A stretch of DNA of 64,000 nucleotides. It comes from a virus (lineage: Duplodnaviria; Heunggongvirae; Uroviricota; Caudoviricetes). The notes under the pieces are model-generated. The model searched no databases. It saw only the letters and a list, made by a program, of their open reading frames with translations, and had not been told where the DNA came from. Made by a program: the position numbers and the translations under genes. Below are positions 1-10,573 of this stretch, in pieces; positions within the stretch are counted from its first letter, which is position 1, and each line of letters opens with the position of its first letter. Location of the stretch: IMG/VR virus record IMGVR_UViG_3300024333_000003. One strand, given 5' to 3'.

Positions 1-25
1 ACGCGGATCTTCCGCGTGTTTTTTT
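1..25 (+). terminator. Rho-independent terminator hairpin (acgcgga-tct-tccgcgt) followed by a T-run
   Basis: 7-bp GC-rich stem plus TTTTTTT, seen directly at the window start. Confidence 0.5.
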
Positions 26-81
26 AAGGTATAAGAACTTTAGTCCGCAAGGACCATTTATATATTTAAGGAAAGGACTTT

Positions 82-486
82 ATGGATCACAAAGAAAACT
101 TTAAAAAAGCAACCGGCAAAGATTGGTATACGGTTCCAGTATGTCATGGTGATCAGGCATTTTGTTCTGATGAATATATGGCATATCTTGAGAATTTATT
201 AGATGCAAAAGAAACTCTTGCTCCAGTGTTACCAACTACTATAGTAAAAACATTGCCTCAACTTCCTAAAACTGTATATCGCTTGGTTAAAAAAATTGAT
301 CACACCGCTGGATGGTCAGAACAAGAAATTTATTGGTGTATACAAAAAAGGGCATGGTATACATTTGGATTGTGGATAACTGTACAAATGGAAAGTACCC
401 CAGCACGGATACAAAAATGGTGGAATATTTATACTGGCCAATTAAAACCAATTGAATTGGATATAATACAAACCACACATGGATAA
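82..486 (+). CDS. hypothetical protein
   Basis: 134-aa ORF, no recognisable motif. Confidence 0.4.
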   Translation: MDHKENFKKATGKDWYTVPVCHGDQAFCSDEYMAYLENLLDAKETLAPVLPTTIVKTLPQLPKTVYRLVKKIDHTAGWSEQEIYWCIQKRAWYTFGLWITVQMESTPARIQKWWNIYTGQLKPIELDIIQTTHG

Positions 487-787
487 GGAGTTAAATGATT
501 GGATAACTGATAAGACTAATATTAGTATTGCATCCGAACTGGATCTGATGTATATCGCTTGGAAACAACAACGGCCAACTGTTCAAGTGCGACGCACACT
601 TCGAAACTTACATGTATACACACCTGTAAACGAGCCAGATAGGATTTATAAGTTATCTACTAACATTATCACTATAATATCAATTTTTGATACTCAGACA
701 ATATCACAAATCCAATCGCGTAATAAATTTGCAAAAAAGTGTTATGAGGAGCTAATGTCAATTTTATATGGATCAAGAACTAGATAA
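479..787 (+). CDS. hypothetical protein, member of MDxELxxYI paralogue family
   Basis: N-terminus MDKELNDWITD shares a motif with ORFs at 768, 1223, 7513 and 19735; forms a tandem array. Confidence 0.45.
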   Translation: MDKELNDWITDKTNISIASELDLMYIAWKQQRPTVQVRRTLRNLHVYTPVNEPDRIYKLSTNIITIISIFDTQTISQIQSRNKFAKKCYEELMSILYGSRTR

Positions 788-1226
788 ATATATATGTGAA
801 CAATTTAATATTAAGTATCAAGCACTTGATATATTAGATTTATGGGAACTGTGTTTAAGACATATAGCAGATATAAGCACATATCGCAGAACACATAAAA
901 TCTTCGGCACCGTAATTCATACCTGTCATCATGGCTGTCGATCCAGAAGATATTTTTGGCATGGAACTATTCGTCCATGGCTCTACTACCAACATGCCTA
1001 TGAGCACCATATACACAGTGCGTTTGATGATGCTTTTAAGTTTAATGTATGGAGAGCAGACCCGAAATACAATAGGGATGTAGTTATAAAGGAGTGCTAT
1101 GCAATGCTGTTACGGTATATTATCCAACGTAAAAATCGTTATACAACCCCCATCCCAATTGCAGGAAATTATATTACTTATCATCATCACCCTGGCCTAA
1201 CCTCAATACATTCCAGAAAAAAATGA
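768..1226 (+). CDS. hypothetical protein, MDxELxxYI paralogue family
   Basis: N-terminus MDQELDKYICEQ; overlapping start/stop with its neighbours. Confidence 0.45.
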   Translation: MDQELDKYICEQFNIKYQALDILDLWELCLRHIADISTYRRTHKIFGTVIHTCHHGCRSRRYFWHGTIRPWLYYQHAYEHHIHSAFDDAFKFNVWRADPKYNRDVVIKECYAMLLRYIIQRKNRYTTPIPIAGNYITYHHHPGLTSIHSRKK

Positions 1227-1531
1227 AATTTATTGACGAAGAGTTGAATACATACATAGCCAAGGTATCGGGTTATAAAATCGACACTATGGTCGACGGC
1301 CTGCTTTTATATGCAAAATTAATGAAGTTTAAAGTTTGTTTTAGCGAAAATTATAAGGAACTGGCGGTTATTGCAAATGCAAACGACTTTACATGGTATT
1401 ATGCTGATGAAAACTTCTTGTATATGAGATATAATGAAAACACTCGTGTTCAAACAGTACCTATTTATATAGCCACAAAAGCCGTATATTCGGGAATTAT
1501 AAAATGCTTAGTACAACCCCCATCAAGATGA
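1223..1531 (+). CDS. hypothetical protein, MDxELxxYI paralogue family
   Basis: N-terminus MKFIDEELNTYIAK; ATGA start/stop overlap with the upstream ORF. Confidence 0.45.
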   Translation: MKFIDEELNTYIAKVSGYKIDTMVDGLLLYAKLMKFKVCFSENYKELAVIANANDFTWYYADENFLYMRYNENTRVQTVPIYIATKAVYSGIIKCLVQPPSR

Positions 1532-2742
1532 ACGCTGACAAACATTTGGTAATGGTTACGACTGACAATAATAATAAATATTACGATATGCATGATAATG
1601 ATGACGGTACATTTACCGCCACATGGGGGCGTATCGGTGTCACAACGTCTAATCAGACTTACCCGATAAAACAGTGGAATAGTAAGTTTAATGAAAAGGT
1701 AAAAAAGGGTTACACAGATCAATCGCATTTATTTATAAAACCAACTACTACTTCAAAACTACTTACAATTTCCGACGGAAATATTAATGCGCTCGTAACT
1801 CTGTTACAGGGTTACGCAAATAAATCGATCGATGATAATTATACGGTTGATGCAAAAGTTGTCACACAAGCACAAGTAAATGAAGCGCAAAAAATTATGA
1901 ACGAACTCACGATATTTGTGAATAAATGTTCGGTTGACGCAGATGAAGTCAATGAAAAATTAATACTGTTATACGGAGTTATTCCACGTCGTATGTCTAA
2001 TGTAAAAGATCATATTCTATACAAAGACACAAATCCACAAATGAAATTACGACTACAGAATTTTATAACCGCAGAGCAAGATACATTGGACGTTATGGCC
2101 GGTCAAGTGTCCGCACAGGCTGCAACTATACAAACCACTAAATCCAATTATACAATTTTGGACGCCATCGGTGTTGAATGCAAACTCGTTGAAGACAAAC
2201 AAACAGAGCAGAAAATTCTAAAGGCTATGGGTAACGACGCCAACAGACTTTTAACTGCTTATGAAATTGTGCATACTTCCTCAGCTGATAAGTATGCTAA
2301 AAATCTCGCGAGTTCCAAAAATAAAACCACAGAACTGTATTGGCATGGGTCACGTAATGAAAATTGGTGGAGTATATTGCAAACAGGATTACTGGTACGA
2401 CCTACGAACGCCGTAATAACTGGCAAGATGTTTGGGTACGGTATATATGGTGCGGACAAATTCCAAAAGTCATTTGGATATACGTCTGGTAATAATTCTT
2501 ATTGGGCACGTGGTAATCAAAACACGGCATTCTTAGGATTATTTGAATTTCATATGGGCAATACATTAACTGTACGACGTCACGAGCATTGGCAGTCTGA
2601 ATTAACTCATAAGAAATTACGTGAACGCGGAGATTATGATAGTCTTACCGCTCTAGGCGGGGCTGATCTAAGAAACAATGAGTTTATAGTATACCAGGAA
2701 GAACAACTAACTATTCGATATCTAATAAAGGTAAAAGGATGA
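1504..2742 (+). CDS. poly(ADP-ribose) polymerase with N-terminal WGR domain (PARP2/3-like architecture)
   Basis: WGRIGV...KQW WGR motif; catalytic block YWHGSRNENWWSILQTGLLV...ITGKMFGYGIYGADKFQKS (H-G-S, Y-G, Y); C-terminal NEFIVYQEEQLTIRYLIKV matching the PARP catalytic Glu region. Confidence 0.75.
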   Translation: MLSTTPIKMNADKHLVMVTTDNNNKYYDMHDNDDGTFTATWGRIGVTTSNQTYPIKQWNSKFNEKVKKGYTDQSHLFIKPTTTSKLLTISDGNINALVTLLQGYANKSIDDNYTVDAKVVTQAQVNEAQKIMNELTIFVNKCSVDADEVNEKLILLYGVIPRRMSNVKDHILYKDTNPQMKLRLQNFITAEQDTLDVMAGQVSAQAATIQTTKSNYTILDAIGVECKLVEDKQTEQKILKAMGNDANRLLTAYEIVHTSSADKYAKNLASSKNKTTELYWHGSRNENWWSILQTGLLVRPTNAVITGKMFGYGIYGADKFQKSFGYTSGNNSYWARGNQNTAFLGLFEFHMGNTLTVRRHEHWQSELTHKKLRERGDYDSLTALGGADLRNNEFIVYQEEQLTIRYLIKVKG

Positions 2743-3029
2743 AAAAGCTAACACCTGCATTACAAGTATTAGTCGATCAGAAAGTCCGAGAGAATGCGGA
2801 TAAAATTATCAACACTGTTATAAAGAAAAATGCTGATCGTATTTTAGCCGGCTTAAACGAATATTTACAAAGCGATGAATTTAAACGAAAACTGTTGGCT
2901 ACGGCGAAACTCGAAATTGACGACCGTATAGAAAACGAGAATTTGGATTCAATACTTACTCCAGCAAATTACAGGAAATTTATTGTTAACTTCCAAGATA
3001 CCGTCGCACGTATTCTCGGTGTAAAATGA
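2739..3029 (+). CDS. hypothetical protein
   Basis: 96-aa ORF, start overlaps the PARP stop (ATGA). Confidence 0.4.
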   Translation: MKKLTPALQVLVDQKVRENADKIINTVIKKNADRILAGLNEYLQSDEFKRKLLATAKLEIDDRIENENLDSILTPANYRKFIVNFQDTVARILGVK

Positions 3030-3196
3030 AATTCTTAAAACAAATCGTGGCGGTACTTATAGCCTTTATACCGACATGGTTATTCTTAATAGTAAAGGCC
3101 CTTTCAAGTCCAGAGGGATTTTGACAACAGTTGGTAATGTACTGCAATTGATTTTAATCCTTATCTGGTTTTCATTTATAATATGGGAAAAATAAT

Positions 3197-3550
3197 ATGT
3201 CAAACAAAGCTTTAGCAGCAGCACTCGCCACGTTACAACGTGCCGGGCAACTGAAACAAGTTGGAAGCGCTCTTTGTGTACCAGTGAATGATGAAGTTAT
3301 ACATGATACAGCACTGGAATTGATTGAAAAACAGGGGTTTGTTACTACCCTACAAATTAAAAAGCAGTTACGATCGACCGGTTACTTTGTAAAGCAATAT
3401 CAAATAAGTCAGGCGATGACCGATATGGTCGATAATGGTGAAGTATGTTTTACCAATGTCGATACACACGGAACTACGCATCGCTTATTTTTCGATGAAC
3501 AAACACCGGAACCGATAGCAGTAGCGGCTTATTACACAACAGTAAAATAA
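3197..3550 (+). CDS. hypothetical protein
   Basis: 117-aa ORF. Confidence 0.4.
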   Translation: MSNKALAAALATLQRAGQLKQVGSALCVPVNDEVIHDTALELIEKQGFVTTLQIKKQLRSTGYFVKQYQISQAMTDMVDNGEVCFTNVDTHGTTHRLFFDEQTPEPIAVAAYYTTVK

Positions 3551-3551
3551 C

Positions 3552-4400
3552 ATGTGGAGAGTAGCAATACTCTCCTTCAAGAAAGGTAATATGAAAAAAC
3601 TAAACATATCTAAGGTATTATTATACCTTGTAGCACAAATACAAAAACGATTTAAAGCTGCTGGATATAGCAAAGCCATTATTGGTTTATCTGGTGGGTT
3701 AGACAGTGCAACTGTCGCGGCATTAGCCGTTTTGGCATTAGGTCGGAAAAATGTTAGTTGTATTTATTTGCCGGCACTGGTCTCATCCGAGCGCTCTTTA
3801 AGGTTGGCAGAAGGTTTCTGTACAATTAATGAAGTATTTTTCAAGAGTAGCTCTATACAACCCATAGTCGATCGTTTTTCTGTCGAGTTGCCTATGAATT
3901 GTCTTTCGATTCCATATCAAAATTTACAGGCTCGCGTTCGCGGCGTTGTTCTTATGACTAAAGCAAATATTGATCATGGATTAGTTATTGCAACTGGCAA
4001 CAAATCCGAAAACTTAACAGGTTATTGTACATTATATGGTGACACTGTTGGCGCATTTGAGCCGCTAGGTGATTTATATAAAACCGAAGTAATTGAATTA
4101 GCGTGTTATATTAATAAAATGACTACGGTACAAATATTGAATGAAATTATAGAACGTCCCCCTACCGCCGAATTAGCACCAAATCAAACCGATGAAAAGG
4201 AATTGTTGCCATACGATAAGCTGGATCCGCTGCTAGATGGCTTATTAAAAGATACCTCACATAAGACGCTGGCGCGAAAACTTCGTATTGCATTAGCGGA
4301 TGTTGCGCGTATTGACCGAAGAATGAAAAACTCAGCGTTCAAGCGACGACAAACAGCACCAACTATAAAAATTCCTAAAAGGTGTTATGTCACCAGATAA
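3552..4400 (+). CDS. nadE: NH3-dependent NAD+ synthetase (PP-loop ATP pyrophosphatase)
   Basis: PP-loop IGLSGGLDSATVAALA; ~280 aa, consistent with NadE length and layout; true start may be the Met at 3591. Confidence 0.7.
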   Translation: MWRVAILSFKKGNMKKLNISKVLLYLVAQIQKRFKAAGYSKAIIGLSGGLDSATVAALAVLALGRKNVSCIYLPALVSSERSLRLAEGFCTINEVFFKSSSIQPIVDRFSVELPMNCLSIPYQNLQARVRGVVLMTKANIDHGLVIATGNKSENLTGYCTLYGDTVGAFEPLGDLYKTEVIELACYINKMTTVQILNEIIERPPTAELAPNQTDEKELLPYDKLDPLLDGLLKDTSHKTLARKLRIALADVARIDRRMKNSAFKRRQTAPTIKIPKRCYVTR

Positions 4401-4965
4401 AGAAAAATACTTAACTACCACCTATCCCAAACTCTTTCCACCAAGACATGATCCGCGTGAAAGCTTAATGGTATTTGGTTTTGAGTGTGGAGATGGGTGG
4501 TTTTGGATTATAGATCAGTTATGTGCCATGATACAATGGAAAATTGATCAAGAATTTGAAAATTATAACCGTAAAGTATCATATAATAAAATGATAGCCG
4601 ATGCCCAAGCTGGTAATACCGACGACTTGGACAAATATTTTGAATTCATTGCGGATTTAAAACAGCGTGCCGAACGCAAAGCAGCCGCTTTAAATGCAGG
4701 ATTAACGGATATTAAAGATGAAGACAAACCATATCAACCAGAAGTTATACAGGTAAAAGAGAAATATGGTACTTTACGGTTTTATATATCTGCCAGTTCA
4801 TCGGAGATACATAATTATATTGCGTTTGCCGAACATTTGTCTGCAACCACATGCGAATTCTGCGGTAGTCATGAAAACATCAAGACATCACAAGGCTGGA
4901 TGATAACCGCTTGTGATAAATGTATACAAAGTCACGAGTCATTAAAAAATAGGAGTTGGAAATGA
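4387..4965 (+). CDS. hypothetical protein with C-terminal CxxC...CxxC zinc ribbon
   Basis: CEFCGS...CDKC near the C-terminus. Confidence 0.4.
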   Translation: MSPDKEKYLTTTYPKLFPPRHDPRESLMVFGFECGDGWFWIIDQLCAMIQWKIDQEFENYNRKVSYNKMIADAQAGNTDDLDKYFEFIADLKQRAERKAAALNAGLTDIKDEDKPYQPEVIQVKEKYGTLRFYISASSSEIHNYIAFAEHLSATTCEFCGSHENIKTSQGWMITACDKCIQSHESLKNRSWK

Positions 4966-5330
4966 ACCCAAAATATTTAAAAATTACTTCATATATAGTA
5001 GGGAATACATTATTATTTATCGTAGAGGAACAAGGTGAATTATGGTATCATTTGAAGGGTTTTAAGTGTCCAAAGCAAAAGGTCGAATTCACGGACAAAG
5101 GATATGCTTGTATCGAACAGCATCCAAGCAAAACTGGTTGGCTCAGAGTTGGTTTGCGGGGTGATTCACGTTACAATGACTTTAGAATAGAAGCAGTCAA
5201 GAGTGATGATCTTCTCAACATGCAAAAACGTGTCCTAGCTGCACTCGAGGTAGCAGCACAGCATATAGCAACGATAAGTGATTCAGCTCCAACTACACAT
5301 TCACCTATTGTAAAAGAATTTAATGCTTAA
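4956..5330 (+). CDS. hypothetical protein
   Basis: 124-aa ORF. Confidence 0.35.
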   Translation: MEMNPKYLKITSYIVGNTLLFIVEEQGELWYHLKGFKCPKQKVEFTDKGYACIEQHPSKTGWLRVGLRGDSRYNDFRIEAVKSDDLLNMQKRVLAALEVAAQHIATISDSAPTTHSPIVKEFNA

Positions 5331-5739
5331 AGCCGTAAATCATTACTGGACTCGCGAAGAGGTAGCGAAAGATACAGAACATTTATACCTTTTTGGAGAA
5401 AATATTGCTGACGCAAAACCAGATCCAATTAGTAAGAAGATCTTTATCCCAACAACGACTCAGGCAGTTATACGTGGACTTAAGAACGCAATTGGGATCC
5501 CCACCAAAAAAACCCGTGGTACAAACAAAGATGCCTACTTTAACGATACTAATGCCGACTTTGAACTATTCAAGCGTGGAGTTGATGAAGCGATTGAGAA
5601 AGCCAAAAAAGACGGACGACCAATAAAGATCAGCGTATATGGACTAGGTACCGGAGCCGCCGCTGTAAGAGGTGCATTTAAAAATGGTACCGGGCGATTT
5701 TTTGATTACTTATATACACGGTTAGGAGAGCTAGACTAA
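5323..5739 (+). CDS. hypothetical protein
   Basis: 138-aa ORF. Confidence 0.35.
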   Translation: MLKAVNHYWTREEVAKDTEHLYLFGENIADAKPDPISKKIFIPTTTQAVIRGLKNAIGIPTKKTRGTNKDAYFNDTNADFELFKRGVDEAIEKAKKDGRPIKISVYGLGTGAAAVRGAFKNGTGRFFDYLYTRLGELD

Positions 5740-6334
5740 TGTTCAATATATTAGAGTTGTTAATAATTGTTCCTGCGCTGTCAGCAATAATTGTACTGAC
5801 GATACTTTCTTTGATTGACTGGAAATCAAACAACATCTGGTTTTGTGAAAAAATGGGTTGGCACAAGCCACCAGAACGAGTAGGATTTGACGGCTGTAGT
5901 ATGGAGGGTTTTTGCCCCAGGTGTGGAAAGCACGTGTTAAGGGATTCACAAGGGAATTGGTTTTGATCAGGAGATTGCCATAAAAGAACATTTTACATTA
6001 ACAATAGATTTATTTACCCTAGTATGGCTTACTATTGGTGTCATTTTGTGTTTAAACAATTTAATTAGCTGGTGGGTACTATTACTCATTGGCCTTTCAC
6101 ACGTTCACGCAAAATTGGATTTTCATATATGATACACAAATTCTTTTTATACATAACAAATAACTTGCCAACGTCCTGTCATGAAGAAGTTTTCGACACG
6201 ATATTTTTCATACTCAATTCGATTGCATTAGTTGTAGGTATTATTATACTAATCCTAGTAAATGAACCGCAATGGATAGCATTTCTTGTAATTGAGTATG
6301 ACTGGGCATTGGATAATATAAGGCATAATAGACT

Positions 6335-6724
6335 GTGATGTCTTGGTTCGAAGCTGGTGCCTATAAAGATCCTCGACAATTAAAAGGAGTCTGGATTCGT
6401 TTTAGTGCCGAATCCGATATAATGAAACGATTATATAAAACAAAACTACTCCGTTGGACCGATTATCCGTTATGGATGGCTATTGAAGAATATAACAAAG
6501 AACGCAATGAGTTGGGTGTTTATATATGGTGTAAAAATATTACTGATGTATTAAGAGGTAAATCCAGATATAATGTAATATTTATGTGGATTCCATATGA
6601 TCCGCATTTGTCTTGTGAGGGCGATCTTGGGAAAGGATTAATAAAAAGTGAAAACAAAAAAAGAACTAAAGCAACAGGCGTGGGTCGAACGAAAGCAAAA
6701 ACGAAATATCGAAAGAAAACTTAA
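6335..6724 (+). CDS. hypothetical protein with highly basic C-terminal tail
   Basis: C-terminal KKRTKATGVGRTKAKTKYRKKT. Confidence 0.35.
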   Translation: MMSWFEAGAYKDPRQLKGVWIRFSAESDIMKRLYKTKLLRWTDYPLWMAIEEYNKERNELGVYIWCKNITDVLRGKSRYNVIFMWIPYDPHLSCEGDLGKGLIKSENKKRTKATGVGRTKAKTKYRKKT

Positions 6725-6769
6725 ACGTAAGTCACGTAACCGCGCAATGCGCAGAAAGTTCGGATTGTA

Positions 6770-7138
6770 GTGTCCACGTCAGATCGTGAGTTATTAAGAA
6801 AATGTGATCGCTTGGCACAGTTTATGAGCGTTCAGCAAGAAATAATTAAACGTCATATAGATGAACATAAATGGTATAGACATATATCAGATACCACCGA
6901 AGCCGTCGCTGCTTTTAGCGATGAATACGGCTGGTTAATTCGCGAAGTGTGGTGCCGTTATACATGTCCAATTCGTAATCAATGCACACTTTCAAAAAGT
7001 GGAGCCAAAATGAGAGCGATTACTACACGATTATTCAGAATATGGTGTTGGGCATGGTACGCACATGATCGGGATGTACCCGGCCGATCCGTTGAAATAT
7101 GTGGTCGATGCGGAGCACATATTGTAGGAGATGCCTAA
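6770..7138 (+). CDS. hypothetical Cys-rich protein
   Basis: multiple Cys/His, C-terminal CGRCGAH. Confidence 0.35.
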   Translation: MSTSDRELLRKCDRLAQFMSVQQEIIKRHIDEHKWYRHISDTTEAVAAFSDEYGWLIREVWCRYTCPIRNQCTLSKSGAKMRAITTRLFRIWCWAWYAHDRDVPGRSVEICGRCGAHIVGDA

Positions 7139-7371
7139 TGTCTGGACTAAGATGCTGTGTTTATTGTGATCGTCCTCTTACCAACGAAAACAGTACAAAT
7201 GTCTGTACTGTCTGTACTGAAGTTCGTGATACTAATTTTAGGAATGCATTCGTATACACTAAGATTTTAATGCTTAATCTCACCGATGAGCAACGTCGAA
7301 GTATAATGCGTGATTACTGCATTCACTGCGGCACACCTAATTTACCCTGTTTTTGTTTAAACGATGAATAA
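7099..7371 (+). CDS. hypothetical zinc-ribbon protein
   Basis: CCVYCD...CTVCTEV...CIHCG. Confidence 0.35.
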   Translation: MWSMRSTYCRRCLMSGLRCCVYCDRPLTNENSTNVCTVCTEVRDTNFRNAFVYTKILMLNLTDEQRRSIMRDYCIHCGTPNLPCFCLNDE

Positions 7372-7512
7372 GGAGAAACACATGCAACAACTTTCACCCG
7401 AAGATGAAAAGAACATTCGAAATTATGTTGAGGAATTTGAACAACAAGGCAATGCCTCGAACGTATATCATTTACGCATGTTATTAAATGAAATAGACCG
7501 ATTAAGGGAACA

Positions 7513-7827
7513 ATGCCAGATCAAGAACTAGATACTTGGATTTGCCAGGCACTAAAACTTCCGAAAATGGAATTAGATTCTGACACCTTATTTAGTATAA
7601 TAAAATATTTTTTCCCCGCAGCAGATTTTTGTGCCGATGAAAAAACTATAAAAGAAGTTGGTGCCGCATATATAAGGCTATTGAATAGTGACAATGCTAG
7701 AGATTTAATTTTAATTGAAGAGCCCAATATCAAAAAAGTTAATCGAGCTTTATATATTGTTGTTATAGCAATAGCAAAAACTGTCGAACAAGGAAAAGAC
7801 ACAATTGAGGTCTTAAAATTTCTATGA
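7513..7827 (+). CDS. hypothetical protein, MDxELxxYI paralogue family
   Basis: N-terminus MPDQELDTWICQ. Confidence 0.4.
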   Translation: MPDQELDTWICQALKLPKMELDSDTLFSIIKYFFPAADFCADEKTIKEVGAAYIRLLNSDNARDLILIEEPNIKKVNRALYIVVIAIAKTVEQGKDTIEVLKFL

Positions 7828-7901
7828 AAATATCAAAAAAGCTGATCGCTGCCTGGTGGCCATTTTCCTTTGCCCTAAAAGCTATGGAGTCGCACTAAGA
7901 T

Positions 7902-8993
7902 ATGAGTACATTTATAGTACCGATTGTAACTATTAAAACTGTTATTAAACATCCAAACGCCGATTCATTAGATATACTATCGTTTGAAGAAGTATCTTGG
8001 CAATGCGTAGATAAAATTAATACACGCAAACCTGGCGACATGGTAGTATATATTCCAATTGATAGTGTAGTGGACGTCCGTCGGCCAGAATTTGAGTTCT
8101 TAAAATCAAAGGCTAAGGCTGACTATTCTTGTCGTATACGTACAATCAGATTGCGTGGCGAGATTAGCCAGGGGTTGGTTATTTCTATGCCCAGCGATAT
8201 GATAAAATGGCTGTGCGATAAAATTACTGGTCATAAAGACTGCGCACAAGGTATATCGTTTGATATACCAGGGCAGGATGTATCGGAGTATTATGGTATA
8301 AAAAAATATGAGCCACCACCAGAAAGTATACCTCCTTTATCGGCAGGTAATTATCCAAGTTGGTGTGAAAAAAGCGATGCTGAACGATATCAAAACTATA
8401 ATCGCACTATTGAGCCGTTTCGAGACCATGCATTTTATAAAACTATAAAAATGGATGGTGCCAGTATAACGGTATTTTATGATGCGGAAACAGAACATAG
8501 CGGAGTCTGCAGCCGAAACTGGGAAATTAAAGAAAATAGTGATATCACAAGACTTGACAACTATTGGCTTATCGCGAAGAAATATAATTTACTCCAAATC
8601 GTAAAAGATATTGCTATGGATAAGGGTATAAAGCGCCTTGCGTTGCAGGGAGAGATGTGTGGTCCAGGCGTTCAAGGAAATAAGATGGGACTTTCAGAAC
8701 TACAATTTTTTGCCTTTGATATGTATAATGGTGATATTGGTGAATTTATCGAATATCCTTTCTTCATTGCATTATGTCATTATTGGAAAATACCGACCGT
8801 CGAGATTTTAGAGGTTGGTACACTTGGGAAAGAACTCGATACTAATTTTGCGTATGTGTCACAATTGAAATATGATAATGATTTACCTGCCGAAGGTGTA
8901 GTATATGTAGCAGTTAATTCACAGCGTGTAGGTACGCTTGGTAGACTAAAATTTAAATTTATCAACCCAGAATTTTTATTAAAATATGATTGA
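7902..8993 (+). CDS. ATP-dependent RNA ligase with N-terminal tRNA-binding (Myf/CsaA-like OB) domain
   Basis: N-terminal HPNADSLD motif typical of the tRNA-binding OB domain; nucleotidyltransferase motif I KMDGAS (KxDG) in the central region. Confidence 0.55.
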   Translation: MSTFIVPIVTIKTVIKHPNADSLDILSFEEVSWQCVDKINTRKPGDMVVYIPIDSVVDVRRPEFEFLKSKAKADYSCRIRTIRLRGEISQGLVISMPSDMIKWLCDKITGHKDCAQGISFDIPGQDVSEYYGIKKYEPPPESIPPLSAGNYPSWCEKSDAERYQNYNRTIEPFRDHAFYKTIKMDGASITVFYDAETEHSGVCSRNWEIKENSDITRLDNYWLIAKKYNLLQIVKDIAMDKGIKRLALQGEMCGPGVQGNKMGLSELQFFAFDMYNGDIGEFIEYPFFIALCHYWKIPTVEILEVGTLGKELDTNFAYVSQLKYDNDLPAEGVVYVAVNSQRVGTLGRLKFKFINPEFLLKYD

Positions 8994-9600
8994 ACAAAAA
9001 TGGGGGCAAACCCCCACCGCTTCGGAGGAAAAACCGAAGAATATCGAAATAGTTAAAGATCCTGCATTTGTTGAAGTAGTTGCAGTAAATAGATTTTATT
9101 TTTACTCCGAAATTGGTAGGGCGGAGGTTTTACAATTAAACCGACGTTTATTCGAAGCTAGCAACCAGTTATTAATCGATGCGGCTGCACAAGAGCGCCC
9201 ACCCGCAGAAATTTATCTGCACATTAACAGTTACGGCGGAAGTATCTTTGCAGGGCTTGCGGCAATGGACGCGATATTGCATTCAAAAATTCCCGTAGTA
9301 ACCATTATCGACGGCTGTTGTGCGTCAGCGGCTACGTTTTTAAGCGTGGCCGGCAAACGTAGAATTATACGACCTAATGCTTATATGCTTATACATCAGT
9401 TATGGTCAGTAAGTTGGGGAAAATTTCGTGAGCTCGAAGATGATCATAAGAATAATAATAAACTTATGGACAAAATTCGTGAGATTTATGCAAAGTATAC
9501 AAAGATTCCCGCAGAAAAAATAAACGAAATATTAGATCATGATCTGTGGTTTGACGCAAAGACATGCCTAGATTATGGATTAGTGGACGAAATAATATGA
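8986..9600 (+). CDS. clpP: ClpP-family serine protease
   Basis: INSYGGSIFAGLA...GCCASAATF (catalytic Ser)...MLIHQ (His)...YGLVDEII (ClpP C-terminal block). Confidence 0.7.
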   Translation: MIEQKWGQTPTASEEKPKNIEIVKDPAFVEVVAVNRFYFYSEIGRAEVLQLNRRLFEASNQLLIDAAAQERPPAEIYLHINSYGGSIFAGLAAMDAILHSKIPVVTIIDGCCASAATFLSVAGKRRIIRPNAYMLIHQLWSVSWGKFRELEDDHKNNNKLMDKIREIYAKYTKIPAEKINEILDHDLWFDAKTCLDYGLVDEII

Positions 9601-9935
9601 GTTGCTGCATTGTGCCCACACTATGCGGGCACAATAATTTTACAAGGAGAAAAATGAATAAAAGACATTGGTTGTTTATATTTATTGTGATATTTTTATT
9701 ATTAACGGTGTCGGCAATTGCAGATTACAACAGTAATAATTACTGGGTAATCGATTTTCACGCTAACTTAGATACACCTGTGCTAGTAAGACCATTTTAT
9801 GCGAAAAGTGGACGTCTATATGGATTATATAGAGCATTTGATTGGCAGACCGGCAATATTATATACATTACAGTGTTTGAAGGGAACGGCGTTCATCAGA
9901 TGTGTGTTGCACCTATTACAAGAGCATCTAAATGA
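9564..9935 (+). CDS. hypothetical secreted/membrane protein
   Basis: hydrophobic N-terminal segment WLFIFIVIFLLLTVSAIA. Confidence 0.35.
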   Translation: MPRLWISGRNNMSCCIVPTLCGHNNFTRRKMNKRHWLFIFIVIFLLLTVSAIADYNSNNYWVIDFHANLDTPVLVRPFYAKSGRLYGLYRAFDWQTGNIIYITVFEGNGVHQMCVAPITRASK

Positions 9936-10159
9936 AATATCAAGCTGAGCATTACAACGACGTTTTACAACGGGCACAAGCCGCGGTGGTACATTTACAG
10001 GCGCAGCCTTTAGTAAATACCTGTGCTATGGAATTACAATCCATAATTAAAAAACATACTATTCAAGAAGCGGCTATCTGGATCCTGGCTATTCAACAAA
10101 CTCAAGGCGTATTAATGCGTAGTGCGTTAGATATAAAAGATGTTGAGGTAGTACAATAA
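9932..10159 (+). CDS. hypothetical protein
   Basis: 75-aa ORF in an operon-like array. Confidence 0.3.
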   Translation: MKYQAEHYNDVLQRAQAAVVHLQAQPLVNTCAMELQSIIKKHTIQEAAIWILAIQQTQGVLMRSALDIKDVEVVQ

Positions 10160-10470
10160 TGGAAGGTGTATTTATTACCATTGACTTTAATGATGTAAAA
10201 GATAAAAATGACCTACCAGTTAACGGAGTATTTGACTTCATCGATCGAGTAGTCAATTACAACTACAATCGGGTGGTTATTTTTATTTCGGACATCACAA
10301 AGAAAAAACAAATCGAAGATTGGTTAATTGAGCAACACTCACCAATGTTAATTCACATACAGATACAAGCTGTAATTGTAACCAATGTAATTCCTCAATC
10401 ACTGTTGTACATAAGTTCCAGAGCGTTGCGGTTCATTAACTGGGCTGACGCAGAAAGGTATTTGCTATGA
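10159..10470 (+). CDS. hypothetical protein
   Basis: 103-aa ORF. Confidence 0.3.
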   Translation: MEGVFITIDFNDVKDKNDLPVNGVFDFIDRVVNYNYNRVVIFISDITKKKQIEDWLIEQHSPMLIHIQIQAVIVTNVIPQSLLYISSRALRFINWADAERYLL

Positions 10471-10573
10471 CAAAAAATCCGGCTGTAATTGCTTTATTGG
10501 CGTTATTAGTCGTTGTGGCAGGGTATATTTTATTTAAAGCTATTGAATTTGTATTACCAATTATTCTTATAGT

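Noticed and set aside
8986-9600. Calling ORF 8986 a phage prohead (S49/SppA-type) protease
   Set aside because: Sequence blocks (GGS...catalytic Ser in GxxASA context, IHQ, terminal YGLVDEII) follow bona fide ClpP rather than S49; kept as ClpP but the prohead-protease role remains possible.
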